A stretch of DNA of 64,000 nt. It comes from Candidatus Helarchaeota archaeon (GTDB taxonomy: Archaea; Asgardarchaeota; Lokiarchaeia; Helarchaeales; RDOG01). Location of the stretch: contig JALGVI010000006.1 in assembly GCA_029838215.1 (NCBI GenBank), positions 38,385 to 102,384 of the forward strand. Direction: 5' to 3'. The notes beneath the pieces were generated by a model that was not told the origin of the DNA, ran no database searches, and was given only the letters and a program-made list of their open reading frames with translations. Each line of letters starts with the position of its first letter. Within the stretch, counting starts at the first letter, position 1. This document shows positions 39,637 to 50,198 of the stretch, piece after piece. Made by a program: the position numbers and the translations under genes.

Positions 39637-40395
39637 ATGTATTTTGACGTTCACAATCACTTATGTCAGTATAAAAATCCAGAAGAAATCATCATGCAAA
39701 GCAAGTCCATAGGAGTGACTATTTTTGCGGTTTCGATGTCGTTAAAAGACTGCTTAAGAACGCTTCAATTGGCGGGTGCGCACGCGAATGTCAGGGCATT
39801 TTTAGGTTTTCATCCGATGCACGTTGCAGGGAAGAAGTTTCGGATGGAATTTCTTGAAAAAGTGGACGCGCTTCTCGAAAAACAAATCCATCAAGTTGCC
39901 GGAATTGGTGAAATCGGCTTGGACAAGTACTTCTTCAAGGAGAAAAATTTTGACAGGCAATTGAAGGTTTTTGATTTTTTTCTCAATAAAGCAGAAGAGC
40001 TTCGGCTTGGAGTGACGATTCACGGAAAAGATGCAGAAAGAGAAGTTTTTCAAGCATTATCAACGCACGATATTCACCCGATTGCAATACACTGGTATTC
40101 TGGACCTGAAGACCTGTTGAAAGTCGGTGTTGATAGGGGATATTTCTTCTCCCTCACGCCAGCCATTAAAACTTCACCAAAACATCGACACGTGGCAGAA
40201 TTCGTCCCACTTGATTTATTATTGACCGAAACAGATGGACCATACAAATTCAGGGATGAACACGGAAGAAAAACCATAGAAGGCGTTCCAATGATGATTC
40301 CCGATATCGTTAATGAGATTGGTGAGATTAAGGGGAAAGATTTCGAAGAGGTTCGCACGCAATTAGCCGAAAATGCCAAAAAATTTTTAAAATGA
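39637..40395 (+). CDS. tatD: TatD-family hydrolase
   Basis: DVHNH, GFHP, IGEIGLD, IHG, HWYSG, LTETDGP. Confidence 0.93.
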   Translation: MYFDVHNHLCQYKNPEEIIMQSKSIGVTIFAVSMSLKDCLRTLQLAGAHANVRAFLGFHPMHVAGKKFRMEFLEKVDALLEKQIHQVAGIGEIGLDKYFFKEKNFDRQLKVFDFFLNKAEELRLGVTIHGKDAEREVFQALSTHDIHPIAIHWYSGPEDLLKVGVDRGYFFSLTPAIKTSPKHRHVAEFVPLDLLLTETDGPYKFRDEHGRKTIEGVPMMIPDIVNEIGEIKGKDFEEVRTQLAENAKKFLK

Positions 40396-40492
40396 TTTAT
40401 TAAATGACGGATCTCACCGAGACTTTTATACAAAATTTTATATTCTTAACAAGCAAACAAATAATCCAAGAGATAATTTTCTATTTGGTGGT

Positions 40493-41494
40493 TTGATGTC
40501 TGAAAATGAAACACGTTTATCAAACACGTTTCTCATTCTCGTCTTGATCACGTGGTCTGCAATACTTGCAATAGGGCTAATTCTCATCTTCCTGAACATG
40601 AATATTGCGATTGGTGCTTTAGGTCAGAGTAATATTGTAGTTGTTCTTCTTTTCAATGTCATCACGATCATGGGAGATACATTCGTGATGATAATACTCT
40701 TAGCACTTTTATTTTACCTTTACGATAAGAAATTTGCCATAAAGATGGGAGTTCTTCTCATCACATCAGCGTATTTGAACGATTTCTTAAAAGATTGCCT
40801 GAGAGATCCAAGACCACCCACGAACGCGTCTGCACTTGTTCCTGGATCGGGGTACGGTGCACCTTCAGGTCATACTCAAGGTGCCGTCGTAACCTATGGA
40901 TTGATTGCACATGAATTCAAGGATGTCGGCAAGAAATACATCGTTCCCATTCTTCTCACGATCTTGATCAGTCTAATTGCAATTTCAAGAGTCCTCATAG
41001 GAGTTCATGACGTTCAAGACGTGATGCTTGGGGCCTTGATAGGAATTCCATTCTTGGTGACATTCATTTTAGTGGAACCTTACGTGTCGGAGAAAATTTC
41101 GGAATTAAGTCTTAACATGAAATGTCTCCTGTGCATAATCCCGCCCGTATTGATGTTCATCATTGCGCTCATCATCTTTGAAGGAGTGTTTCAGGTCTTG
41201 CCTTCTTATGGTGATTTTGGAATGCTGTGCGGTGCCTTGCTTGGAATCACGCTCGGTTATGTTTTGGAAAAAGAATACGTGGACCTTGAAAAAGATGTTT
41301 CTTTATTACGGAAAATAATACGTCTCATCATTGCAGGTTTTCCTGCCGCCCTGGCTTATGTCGTCCTTAAAGTGCTTGATTTGGCAGCGATAAGCAGTCT
41401 TCTCGATCAACTGATTTCATTTGCAGTCTTTGTTGGCATCGGTTTCTTTGTAATTTTCCTCGCAGGATATATCTTCAAAAAAATAAATCTTTAA
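40493..41494 (+). CDS. PAP2-family membrane phosphatase
   Basis: K......RP, PSGH, SRVLIGVH...D; multiple TM segments. Confidence 0.92.
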   Translation: MMSENETRLSNTFLILVLITWSAILAIGLILIFLNMNIAIGALGQSNIVVVLLFNVITIMGDTFVMIILLALLFYLYDKKFAIKMGVLLITSAYLNDFLKDCLRDPRPPTNASALVPGSGYGAPSGHTQGAVVTYGLIAHEFKDVGKKYIVPILLTILISLIAISRVLIGVHDVQDVMLGALIGIPFLVTFILVEPYVSEKISELSLNMKCLLCIIPPVLMFIIALIIFEGVFQVLPSYGDFGMLCGALLGITLGYVLEKEYVDLEKDVSLLRKIIRLIIAGFPAALAYVVLKVLDLAAISSLLDQLISFAVFVGIGFFVIFLAGYIFKKINL

Positions 41495-41549
41495 ATTCTT
41501 TTTTTCTATTGATCAACTAACACGGCTTGAAGAGGAGCATGAGAAAAGA

Positions 41550-42521
41550 ATGCAAGAAAATAGCGACGATCCTAACAACGAGCAAGATAAGGTTCAAAAC
41601 TCTTCGAGCTGGTCTCATTTAATTGAAATAAGCAAAAAGTATTACGTTCAAGCCTTAATAGGTATTGGAATGACCATTTTTGCAATAATTTTCAACTACG
41701 TGGTCGACATTTCATCGTTCATGGATTTTGACATTTATTACAATAATTGTCAGTTGGTCCTGCAAACGGGTAACCTAAATTTTCTATATTTTGATTTTTC
41801 ACAACTGCGATTCCCGTATCTTCCCATATCTTTCCTCTTTCTATTTCCCTTTGCTTTGTTACCGTATTTTGTTTCCATTCATCTTTTTATTTGGATGGAA
41901 ATTATCTTCTATAACTTGGCAATATTCATTCTTCACAAGATCGACCCAAGGATTTCTTTTTTCTCATCTTTTCTAGTCGTTGGATTGCTGGTAGATATCG
42001 GGACCGCTAACTTGGATTGTTTAATTTTCTTGCTGGTGGCTCTCGCTTGTTACATGATTAATCGAAATACGGAGAAGAAGGCAATTAAAAGCGTAGAATA
42101 TGCTACAAGCACGTTTTTCTTCAGCGGCTCTTTAATGAAAACGACCACGTTATTGTTATATCCTTATTTATTAATCAAGTCGGATGAAAAATTAAGATAT
42201 TTTCTTGAATCCATTATAGTTTTATTCGTGACGATCATCCTACCTTTCCTATTCGTTCCGGGACTCCTCTTCAGTTACGTGGAGGACCTGAGATTCATGT
42301 CAAAAACATATGGAACGTTTTTTATTCGCGGCCCTCACTTCACCTTCCTTGTCCCGATCGGCTTCTTTTATGCGACTTTGCTCCGCAAGTACAAGAGACT
42401 TGCAAGATATGAAATTTTGGTGATTTTGGGCTTGAGTATTCTCCATTTAGTATTCTTATTCTTGCAAATGGGATACTATATTTTAGTTCGGCCGAATATT
42501 TTTGGAATTACTTTTCTTTAA
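41550..42521 (+). CDS. Membrane protein, GT87/DUF2029-like (GT-C) glycosyltransferase
   Basis: DF..YY, F.YLP....LF.PFA, G..NLD, K motif; polytopic membrane topology. Confidence 0.65.
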   Translation: MQENSDDPNNEQDKVQNSSSWSHLIEISKKYYVQALIGIGMTIFAIIFNYVVDISSFMDFDIYYNNCQLVLQTGNLNFLYFDFSQLRFPYLPISFLFLFPFALLPYFVSIHLFIWMEIIFYNLAIFILHKIDPRISFFSSFLVVGLLVDIGTANLDCLIFLLVALACYMINRNTEKKAIKSVEYATSTFFFSGSLMKTTTLLLYPYLLIKSDEKLRYFLESIIVLFVTIILPFLFVPGLLFSYVEDLRFMSKTYGTFFIRGPHFTFLVPIGFFYATLLRKYKRLARYEILVILGLSILHLVFLFLQMGYYILVRPNIFGITFL

Positions 42522-42569
42522 TTATCAAATTCATTGAAAAAATGAGAAAAATAAAGTTAAATAATGAGT

Positions 42570-42752
42570 TTAATTCTTAATACTATTGAAAACATATTCA
42601 CTTCGAATGGAAGCGATCGTGAAAGCTAATTGAACGTGAATATTTGCAGAACTTAAAGTTGGATCGCTCAAACTATCATCATACATGTCGCGTAGTCCAT
42701 TTAATGCATTTCTTACCAAAACCGGGGATACAGGACAAGACATAAACATCAC
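42570..42752 (-). CDS. Possible small protein
   Basis: 60 aa ORF filling an intergenic gap, with tttaaata upstream; no recognisable motif. Confidence 0.3.
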   Translation of the reverse strand: MMFMSCPVSPVLVRNALNGLRDMYDDSLSDPTLSSANIHVQLAFTIASIRSEYVFNSIKN

Positions 42753-42920
42753 TTCTTTTGTTCTTCTGTGTTACAATAACACACCCACACTATTTAAACC
42801 TTTCTCAAAAATTTTGAATTCTCAAGTTTTCAAGGTTTTGTTTAAAATTTGAAATCATCTTCTTTATTCAAGCCATCAACTTGAAGAAAATTATTAATAC
42901 GAGACGGCATTAATAAAAGA

Positions 42921-43652
42921 TTGATATCAATGACTTCCACCATCAAAGAAATGGCTAAGAATTGGAAAAATTCCGTTTTGGACTTCTCAAAATTTCTCTT
43001 GGAACGTTTAAAAGAGGATATTTTCAGCATTATTTTATTTGGGAGTTTGATTGAAAATCAAGTTACTAGAAATAGCGATATTGACATTTTAGTAATTCAT
43101 TTTGGAGATAAAAACGTGGAAAATAAAATCCACGAGCTTACATTTCAATTCATTTCTGAGAAACAAGTTCCGATTGAAGTTGTATTATATAACGTGTTTG
43201 ATTACTTGTTTAATCCATCCTATTTTCTTATCAACATCCGGAAAAAAGGAGATGTCTTATTCATGGTAGATGATCAAGTTGCGAAAAAGAAGATAATAAA
43301 AGCCTTATTTAATCTTTCAAGATCCTTTCAAGAAGATGCCACCGAATGTTTCAAAATGAAAAGATATCGAGCAACCATCGATTTGGGATATAACTCCATT
43401 GAATTAGCAGTAAAGGGTCTTTTACTAAAAGAAAAGGATGATTTGCCAGGTTCTCACGGTGGTTTGATAGCAAAGTTTGGTGAATTATTCGTTCTAACAA
43501 ACAAAATTCCAAACGAAATTGGAAAAAAGATCAACCAGGCTCTTGCAAGTAGAAATAAGGCAAGATATGACCCTGAAGTCGTAATCACGGAAAACGATAG
43601 CAAATTCATCTTGGATTTAAGGGACGAACTTGAACAATATCTTTCTACATGA
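42921..43652 (+). CDS. Fused minimal nucleotidyltransferase (MNT) + HEPN domain protein
   Basis: ILFGS...SDIDILV, then A..CF....Y......GY.SIELAVK.LL, SHGGL...FG, RNKARYD. Confidence 0.88.
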   Translation: MISMTSTIKEMAKNWKNSVLDFSKFLLERLKEDIFSIILFGSLIENQVTRNSDIDILVIHFGDKNVENKIHELTFQFISEKQVPIEVVLYNVFDYLFNPSYFLINIRKKGDVLFMVDDQVAKKKIIKALFNLSRSFQEDATECFKMKRYRATIDLGYNSIELAVKGLLLKEKDDLPGSHGGLIAKFGELFVLTNKIPNEIGKKINQALASRNKARYDPEVVITENDSKFILDLRDELEQYLST

Positions 43653-43756
43653 GTGTTTTTGTCAATTTCCGATCTCCTGCAGGAAAAAAATCTTTTTATC
43701 TGAAGCAATCATCTGGAATAATTTTAAAGATGAGGATGATTATTCTTGTAATTGAG

Positions 43757-44614
43757 ATGATTTCCGTGCCGACGTACAGAACTCCCGATGGTGCAAGATT
43801 ATTTTATGATATTAAAGGGGATGGCGAAAAACCCATATTCTTCTTGCATGGATGGGGTATATCTTCAGCTTTTTTTTCGGAGCAAGTTGAGCCTTTAATG
43901 AGTAACGGATACAAGATTATTCTTTTGGACTCGAGAATGCACGGAAAAAGCGAAAAAAACCAGAGTGTCATTCCTGAAATTTATAAGGACAACCTACTGG
44001 AATTAATGCTTGACGATTTCTTTAACTTCAAGAAGGAATTGGGTATTGATGGCGACTACATGCTTTTCGGACATTCTGCGGGAGGTGCCGTTAGCGCATG
44101 TATTGCGAACAAGGATCCCAAGCACGTAAAAGCTCTTGCCATCATAAATAGTTCATATACCATTTCAGAAAACCCTGCAATAATACTTCTCTGGGAATTA
44201 GTTCCACTCTTTGTAAGGGCACTTTACAATCCCTACATTCGTAATGGATATAAAATGGTTCTACGTAGCAAGAGCATTCAATATTCCCTTTCACTTGCAC
44301 TAGACATACCCCTGGCAAATCTTCAAGCGTGGATAAATGACATTTTAACGATTCCACGGCAAGCACTCGTGCTCGAATACATGAATTTAAAAAGAGTGAA
44401 CATAAAAGACATCATGAAGAGCATCACGTGTCCCACGTTAATCGTAGCGTCAGACTTGGACTTGATCACACCTGCGATAATGTCTAAGACCATACACGAG
44501 TTAATTCACGATTCAGAATTACATGTCATCAAGAATGCGGGACATTTAGCAATGATCGAACAAAAAGAGGAATTCAATTCGATCCTTCTGGATTTCCTAA
44601 AAAGGCATTATTGA
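43757..44614 (+). CDS. Alpha/beta hydrolase
   Basis: FLHGWG, DSRMHGKS, nucleophile GHSAGG, CPTLIV, AGH; likely start ATG 43757. Confidence 0.92.
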   Translation: MISVPTYRTPDGARLFYDIKGDGEKPIFFLHGWGISSAFFSEQVEPLMSNGYKIILLDSRMHGKSEKNQSVIPEIYKDNLLELMLDDFFNFKKELGIDGDYMLFGHSAGGAVSACIANKDPKHVKALAIINSSYTISENPAIILLWELVPLFVRALYNPYIRNGYKMVLRSKSIQYSLSLALDIPLANLQAWINDILTIPRQALVLEYMNLKRVNIKDIMKSITCPTLIVASDLDLITPAIMSKTIHELIHDSELHVIKNAGHLAMIEQKEEFNSILLDFLKRHY

Positions 44615-44629
44615 AAAATAGAAAAAAAA

Positions 44630-45337
44630 TCAGATCTGCCGTTCAAGATTTATGATCTTGATGAGATCACCAACACTTTCTGCGGCATCAGAGATGCTTT
44701 CAATGCACTCGATCAAATCAGAAATGGCGATGGCAGTAAAGGGAGGAATGGTAACATCATTTCGTCTCTCGATTTCGAGGATCTTTTTTAAGATATTCAT
44801 GCGGTCGTTATCGACGACGTGTTCAACCTTTTTTATTTTAGAAACCATCTCCAAGATAGAATCCGATTCGCTCTCTAATTGCTGTTCGACGGCTTCATGC
44901 AGTATTTCGCAACCTTCGAGCGTGTCTTTCATGATTAGCAAGAGTTCATCTTCAAATAGTTTCACGAAATCCATGGTTTGTTCTCTTAATAAGAGAGCCA
45001 TTCGACGTCCGGCAGCATTTGCTCCATTTGCAACATCATCGAGACGTTTCACGAGATGGGCAAGATCTTCTCGCACCTGAGGCACCATTTCACCCTTTGA
45101 TAAATCGAGTAATATTTCTCGGCGGATCTCATCGGCTTCATTCTCGATCTGGTTGATTTTTTTTATGGTGTTTTCGACTTTCTTCACGTCTTTATTTAAA
45201 TATTCTTTAATGGCACGATTAAGTTCGAAGACACATTCAAAGACTTTCTTCGAATGTTCTTTCGTCCGTTTTATGACTTTTACTTCCCGCTTTGTTTTAA
45301 ACCACTCTAAAAGGCTTCCCATTGTTTGATCACGCAT
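44630..45337 (-). CDS. DUF47 / PhoU-like phosphate transport regulator
   Basis: IENEADEIRR, REDL..LV..LDDVA, EH.VD, IESISDAAE..GD. Confidence 0.88.
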   Translation of the reverse strand: MRDQTMGSLLEWFKTKREVKVIKRTKEHSKKVFECVFELNRAIKEYLNKDVKKVENTIKKINQIENEADEIRREILLDLSKGEMVPQVREDLAHLVKRLDDVANGANAAGRRMALLLREQTMDFVKLFEDELLLIMKDTLEGCEILHEAVEQQLESESDSILEMVSKIKKVEHVVDNDRMNILKKILEIERRNDVTIPPFTAIAISDLIECIESISDAAESVGDLIKIINLERQI

Positions 45338-45494
45338 GTAATTCTAATATAACTGAAGAACTTAAACTAATTTAATTGTATCTATTTTCTTTACTTGAAA
45401 ATTGAGTATTTTAGGCTGAAATGCATTAAAAAACCTAAAATTAAAATAAGATTTTAAGGAACAGGAATGATAAAAATAGAAGCAGTGTAAAATC

Positions 45495-45986
45495 ATGCAA
45501 CCTATCGTTTTAAAGTCAGGGTTAAGGGTAAAAATTCGTCAATATGAGCACCCAAGAGATTTTGAAGGGGTAGCTGAAATTAACAGGTTATCCCTGCGCG
45601 TTTCATTTAATTATTTATATGAACCCTTCTCACGAAAGTCCCCTGATTTGTTTTTAGTAGCGGAAGATACGACCAAGTTTAAAAAAATTGGGTTTGTCTT
45701 AGTGGACATTAACGGTCTTCGAGGGGTAAAACATTCCAGCTTGATTTATGCAATTGCCGTCCATCCTGATTATAGGCGACTTGGAATTGGAAAACTTTTA
45801 ATTAATGAATTGGTGCAGCGTCTTCGGACAAACCACGTCAAGATCAAAACAATCTATCTACACGTCCAAGAAACTAATGAAGGAGCAATTACTTTTTACA
45901 AGAATTACGGATTTAAAGAAAAAACTTTTTTAAAGAAGTTCTATTCTTGGGGAGAAGGGGCTTACCGGCTTTATTATGAATTGTAA
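45495..45986 (+). CDS. GNAT family N-acetyltransferase (RimI/Ard1-like)
   Basis: IAVHPDYRRLGIGKLL, LHVQETNEGAITFYKNYGF. Confidence 0.92.
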   Translation: MQPIVLKSGLRVKIRQYEHPRDFEGVAEINRLSLRVSFNYLYEPFSRKSPDLFLVAEDTTKFKKIGFVLVDINGLRGVKHSSLIYAIAVHPDYRRLGIGKLLINELVQRLRTNHVKIKTIYLHVQETNEGAITFYKNYGFKEKTFLKKFYSWGEGAYRLYYEL

Positions 45987-46033
45987 ACGAGAAAAATATC
46001 ATTTAATCTAAAAATAAAGGAAATGAAGTAAAA

Positions 46034-47254
46034 ATGAGAGCAATACAATTTAAAGCATCTATTCCGCGATTTATTTTTTCAAAAATCACGGGGAAATATG
46101 TGGGAAAAGGCACGATGTGTCAATTTACAACCAATGCCCCGGAACCACAATTACCCACACCCGAGTGGGTGAAGATCAAGACGAAATTAGGGGGAATTTG
46201 TTCTGATGTCAACGTGATTTTTTTAAAAGATTCGATCAATTTAGAGCCAATAACATCGTTTAATCCAGCCATAATGGGACATGAAAATCTCGGGACAATT
46301 CACGAACTCGGGGAATCGGTTAGAGGCTTTGAAATAGGCGATCGAGTAATTGCAGATCCCATGTTACCGTGCCCAACTCGGGGTTTTAAATCCGAAAATT
46401 ATTGCCATTCTTGCAAACGCGGTGATTTTTCCACCTGTGAGAATTTTACGGAAGGAACAATCGCACCGGGTTTCAACCTTGGTTTTTGTGAATCTGTTGG
46501 TGGATCATGGGGCGATTATTTTTGTGCACATCCCTTCCAGCTTTTTAAAGTTCCGGATAAAATTTCGGATGAAAATGCAATTTTAGTGGATTCTTTCACG
46601 GGTGCACTTCACGCCGTAATGCGGCACCCTCCTAAAGACACGGATGATGTCCTTGTCGTTGGTTGTGGAATTATCGGTCTTCATACCATCCGAGCCTTGA
46701 GGATTCTCGGATCAAAAGCGAGAATAATCGCTTTGGCACGTTATGAATTTCAAGGAATGGAAGCCAAGAATGCCGGAGCAGATGAAGTGATAATTTCTCG
46801 AAACAAAAAGGAAATATACCGAAAAGTGGCGACACTCACGGATGCAAAAATCAAAAAACCATTTATAGGGAATGAGATAATGATTGGAGGTGCCGATGTT
46901 GTTTACGAATGTGCAGGAACGAATCAGAGCATTGATGATGCAATTCGTTTTACCCGCAACGGAGGAATATTAGTAGCAATTGGCATTCCTGCAGATATCA
47001 CGATTGATTGGGGAATGATCGTTTCGTTTGAAATTAACATTGCACCATCTTTCTGCTCTGCTGAAGAAGATTACGAGGAAAAACGCATTCGATGTTATCA
47101 GATGGTTTTAGAGTGGATGGCCGCTGGTAAGTTGGACCTATCGCACATGTTGACACACAAGTTTAGGATTGAAGAATTTAAAAAAGCATTAAAATCAGTT
47201 ACTCATAAAGGAAAAAATAAAGTAATCAAAGCAGTTTTTAGCTTTGAAGAATAG
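46034..47254 (+). CDS. Zn-dependent alcohol dehydrogenase (MDR family)
   Basis: GGICSD, MGHE, C..C..C...C structural Zn, VVGCGIIG, VYECAG. Confidence 0.92.
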   Translation: MRAIQFKASIPRFIFSKITGKYVGKGTMCQFTTNAPEPQLPTPEWVKIKTKLGGICSDVNVIFLKDSINLEPITSFNPAIMGHENLGTIHELGESVRGFEIGDRVIADPMLPCPTRGFKSENYCHSCKRGDFSTCENFTEGTIAPGFNLGFCESVGGSWGDYFCAHPFQLFKVPDKISDENAILVDSFTGALHAVMRHPPKDTDDVLVVGCGIIGLHTIRALRILGSKARIIALARYEFQGMEAKNAGADEVIISRNKKEIYRKVATLTDAKIKKPFIGNEIMIGGADVVYECAGTNQSIDDAIRFTRNGGILVAIGIPADITIDWGMIVSFEINIAPSFCSAEEDYEEKRIRCYQMVLEWMAAGKLDLSHMLTHKFRIEEFKKALKSVTHKGKNKVIKAVFSFEE

Positions 47255-47266
47255 AGGAGTTTGAAA

Positions 47267-48010
47267 ATGGTAACATGGCAGGATAACATCGATCTTAAAC
47301 GAATCATTGTCTTGGGCACGGTCATTTTACTAACAATTGCCTATTACTTTCTTGCACTTGCATACATCCCCATTTCCCCCACTCAGAAAAATCTAATTTT
47401 TTTCCAGGCTTTATTCGGCTGGCTTCCGCTTGCGGATTTTTGGCAATACATCTTTCAATTCGTTCTTGCTTTTTTATTCTTTTTTATAATTCCTGTTCTA
47501 TTGATCAGGTTTTATTTCAAGGAGGATTTGAAGGATTATGGTTTTTCCTTAAAGGAGCGAAAGCTCATCCTCATCTTCTCGGTATTGGCGGTAGCGATCA
47601 TGGTTCCACTTGCAATATACCAGTCAATGGACGTTACCTTTCAATTGGCTTATCCGATGTCAAAACTCGTCGTGAATAACATTTTCCTACTTATCATATA
47701 TGAAACATGTTATGTTGTCTTCTATTATTTGTCATATGAAACGATTTTTAGAGGATTTTTGCAATTTGGGTTGAAACGCGAAGACACGACTAATAAGGGA
47801 CTTTGGTTGATCATTGCAATCCAGACTGTAATCACCGTCCTGTTCCATATTGGAAAACCCATCATGGAGATCATGGGTGCACTGATTGCAGGAATAATCT
47901 TTGGTTATATTGCTTTAAAAGCAAAATCCATTTATCCCGTCTTGCTAGGACACGCTTTATTGGGAGTTGTTTTAGATGTTTGTAGCGTTTTTTGGAGCGT
48001 GATCCCGTGA
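47267..48010 (+). CDS. CPBP (CAAX/Abi) intramembrane protease family protein
   Basis: YETIFRGFLQ, F.LFHIG, H..L motif; polytopic membrane protein. Confidence 0.85.
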   Translation: MVTWQDNIDLKRIIVLGTVILLTIAYYFLALAYIPISPTQKNLIFFQALFGWLPLADFWQYIFQFVLAFLFFFIIPVLLIRFYFKEDLKDYGFSLKERKLILIFSVLAVAIMVPLAIYQSMDVTFQLAYPMSKLVVNNIFLLIIYETCYVVFYYLSYETIFRGFLQFGLKREDTTNKGLWLIIAIQTVITVLFHIGKPIMEIMGALIAGIIFGYIALKAKSIYPVLLGHALLGVVLDVCSVFWSVIP

Positions 48011-49005
48011 AATTTCTCGTGACGGGAGTGAATGGGTTCATTGGCTCGAATTTGACAAGACATCTCCTAAACAAAGGACACCAAGTGCGGGGATTGATCT
48101 TGCCTGGAACCGATGAAACTTTTTTAGAAGGCCTTGAAGTCGAAAAAGTCTATGGTGATTTGACCAAACCCGAAACATTAACCGGTATTGTAGAAGGAGT
48201 GGATGTCGTGATCCACTTGGCTGCTAAGGTAGCGGAATGGGGACCTGAAGAATCGTTTAAGATTCTAAATTTTGAAGCCACTCAAACAATGTTGGATCTT
48301 GCCATCACGAATGGCGTGAAGCGATTCGTGTACATGTCATCACTAACAGTCCATGGGTTGAAAAATTTTGACAATGCGACTGAGGACACGCCTTATGAGC
48401 CGTGCAATTATTACGCATTGTACAAGAAGAAATCGGAAGACTTACTTAATGAGTACCATTCTAAAAAGAAAATTGAAGTGGTCATAATTCGACCGGGATT
48501 TGTCATCTTTGGCCCAAATGATCGCATGTTCAGTCTCGAAGTCTATCAAAGATATGCCAAAAAGAATGGAATGCCGGTTATAAATAAGGGTAAGGCACTC
48601 ACCTGTTATTCTTATGTTGAGAATTTAGTCGATGGACTTATCTTGGTGAGTGAACATCCTAAAGCCGCAGGAAACACGTATATTTTAAGCGACGGTCCAA
48701 ATATTTCATGGAAGGAATTTAATAATGAAATGTTTCGCCCGCTAGGAAAGGAAATAAAATTATCAAGCGTGCCCTATTGGTTGGCTTATCTCGGAGCAGG
48801 TTTGATGGAAGGAATCTACAAGTTATTCAGGCGCAAGAGCCCTCCGTTGATTACACTATACATGATCAAGGTTCAATCACGTGATCTTTCTTTCAGTAAT
48901 CAGAAAATCATGCAAGAATTAGGTTATGAGCCAAAAATTTCAATTCAAGAAGGTTTTTTACGGACTTATGAATGGTTTTTACAAGTCGCCAAGGACGGAG
49001 AATAA
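48007..49005 (+). CDS. NAD-dependent epimerase/dehydratase, 3-beta-HSD-like extended SDR
   Basis: VTGVNGFIG, HLAA, YMSS, YALYK, IRP..IFGP; GTG start overlaps the upstream stop. Confidence 0.92.
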   Translation: MKFLVTGVNGFIGSNLTRHLLNKGHQVRGLILPGTDETFLEGLEVEKVYGDLTKPETLTGIVEGVDVVIHLAAKVAEWGPEESFKILNFEATQTMLDLAITNGVKRFVYMSSLTVHGLKNFDNATEDTPYEPCNYYALYKKKSEDLLNEYHSKKKIEVVIIRPGFVIFGPNDRMFSLEVYQRYAKKNGMPVINKGKALTCYSYVENLVDGLILVSEHPKAAGNTYILSDGPNISWKEFNNEMFRPLGKEIKLSSVPYWLAYLGAGLMEGIYKLFRRKSPPLITLYMIKVQSRDLSFSNQKIMQELGYEPKISIQEGFLRTYEWFLQVAKDGE

Positions 49006-49884
49006 ATGAAAAGACCAAAAATTTACTTAAATTTGGGATTTCCAAACTCGATAATGAAGCACAAGAATAAACCAATTGATGGCGTTGGACTTTTTCGAAT
49101 TGAATTCATGATCGCCACGTATGTGGGACAGCACCCTGCTTGGTTGTTAGACAAGGGAAAAGGTGAGTTTTATCTCAACAAGATCATTGATGGCATTGAA
49201 ACGGTTGCTCGAGAAATTTATCCCAAGCCCGTCGTAATGCGATTTTCAGATTTCAAAACAAATGAATACAGAGACTTGCTCGGTGGAACTGAATACGAAA
49301 TACACGAAGAAAATCCAATGATGGGATGGCGAGGGGCTTCCAGATTTATCTCAGAAAAATTTAATGCCATATTTCGAACGGAATGTCAAGCAGTTACTTG
49401 GATTCGAGAAAATTTTGATAATTTATGGGTCATGATACCCTTCTTAAGGAGCGTAGAAGAGGCACAAAAATGCCTTGACATCATGAAATCAGAAGGGCTA
49501 AAAAGGAGTGACACATTCAAGATATGGTTGATGGCAGAAACTCCCGCATTCGCTTTACAAATTCAAGAATTCAATAAACTGAATATCGATGGATATAGCA
49601 TTGGTTCTAATGACTTGTGTCAATTCATTCTTGCGGTAGATCGGGATAACGCAGACTTGCAAAGAATGGGCTACTTTAATGAAGAACATCCCGCAGTAAT
49701 TAAAGCGATTGAAATGATCGTTAAAGGAGCGCACGAAGCAAACAAGACGTGCTCAATATGCGGTGAACGCATTTCAAATTCGTTTTCGTTATTAGATAAA
49801 TTAATGGAATGGGAAATCGATAGCATCTCTTTAAATGCAGACGCAGTCCAAAAAGTACACGATTACATCAATTCAAAATTTTAA
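49006..49884 (+). CDS. Stand-alone PEP/pyruvate-binding TIM-barrel domain of the PEP-utiliser (PpsA/EI) family
   Basis: KIYLNLG, GVGLFRIEF, RFSDFKTNEY, EENPMMGWRGASR, MAETP, SIGSNDL, SICG. No His-swivel or ATP-grasp domain; starts immediately after the upstream stop. Confidence 0.9.
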   Translation: MKRPKIYLNLGFPNSIMKHKNKPIDGVGLFRIEFMIATYVGQHPAWLLDKGKGEFYLNKIIDGIETVAREIYPKPVVMRFSDFKTNEYRDLLGGTEYEIHEENPMMGWRGASRFISEKFNAIFRTECQAVTWIRENFDNLWVMIPFLRSVEEAQKCLDIMKSEGLKRSDTFKIWLMAETPAFALQIQEFNKLNIDGYSIGSNDLCQFILAVDRDNADLQRMGYFNEEHPAVIKAIEMIVKGAHEANKTCSICGERISNSFSLLDKLMEWEIDSISLNADAVQKVHDYINSKF

Positions 49885-49886
49885 AC

Positions 49887-50186
49887 TCATAAGTAATGAT
49901 AAAAACGCATTAAAAAAAACGAAGTAATGGCATTTATTCTTCGATTCCAAGATTTTCGGTCAATTTCCACTTCATTTTCATTAAATTTTTTTAATGTTTC
50001 TTGTAGCAACAGGATTTCGCGGTAAATATTCTCCGTGATTAGACCATTTTTGAAAAATAGATCTAATACTTTAGGGAAATTAGTTCCGATGTCGTCTAAT
50101 CGCTCATCTCTCAGGTTTAATCCTTGGTTCAATTCAAAAAGAAGAGATTTTAGTTTTTCAAATCCAGCTTGAAAATCACGTGCCAT
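49887..50186 (-). CDS. Hypothetical helical protein
   Basis: 99 aa ORF about 12 bp downstream of the swivel-domain gene. Confidence 0.7.
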   Translation of the reverse strand: MARDFQAGFEKLKSLLFELNQGLNLRDERLDDIGTNFPKVLDLFFKNGLITENIYREILLLQETLKKFNENEVEIDRKSWNRRINAITSFFLMRFYHYL

Positions 50187-50198
50187 TTTTCATTCCAT

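Noticed and set aside
46190-46215. ADH motif GGICSD (usually GICGSD) as another micro-deletion
   Set aside because: It is in frame with the catalytic Cys retained, and may be natural variation; too weak to call.
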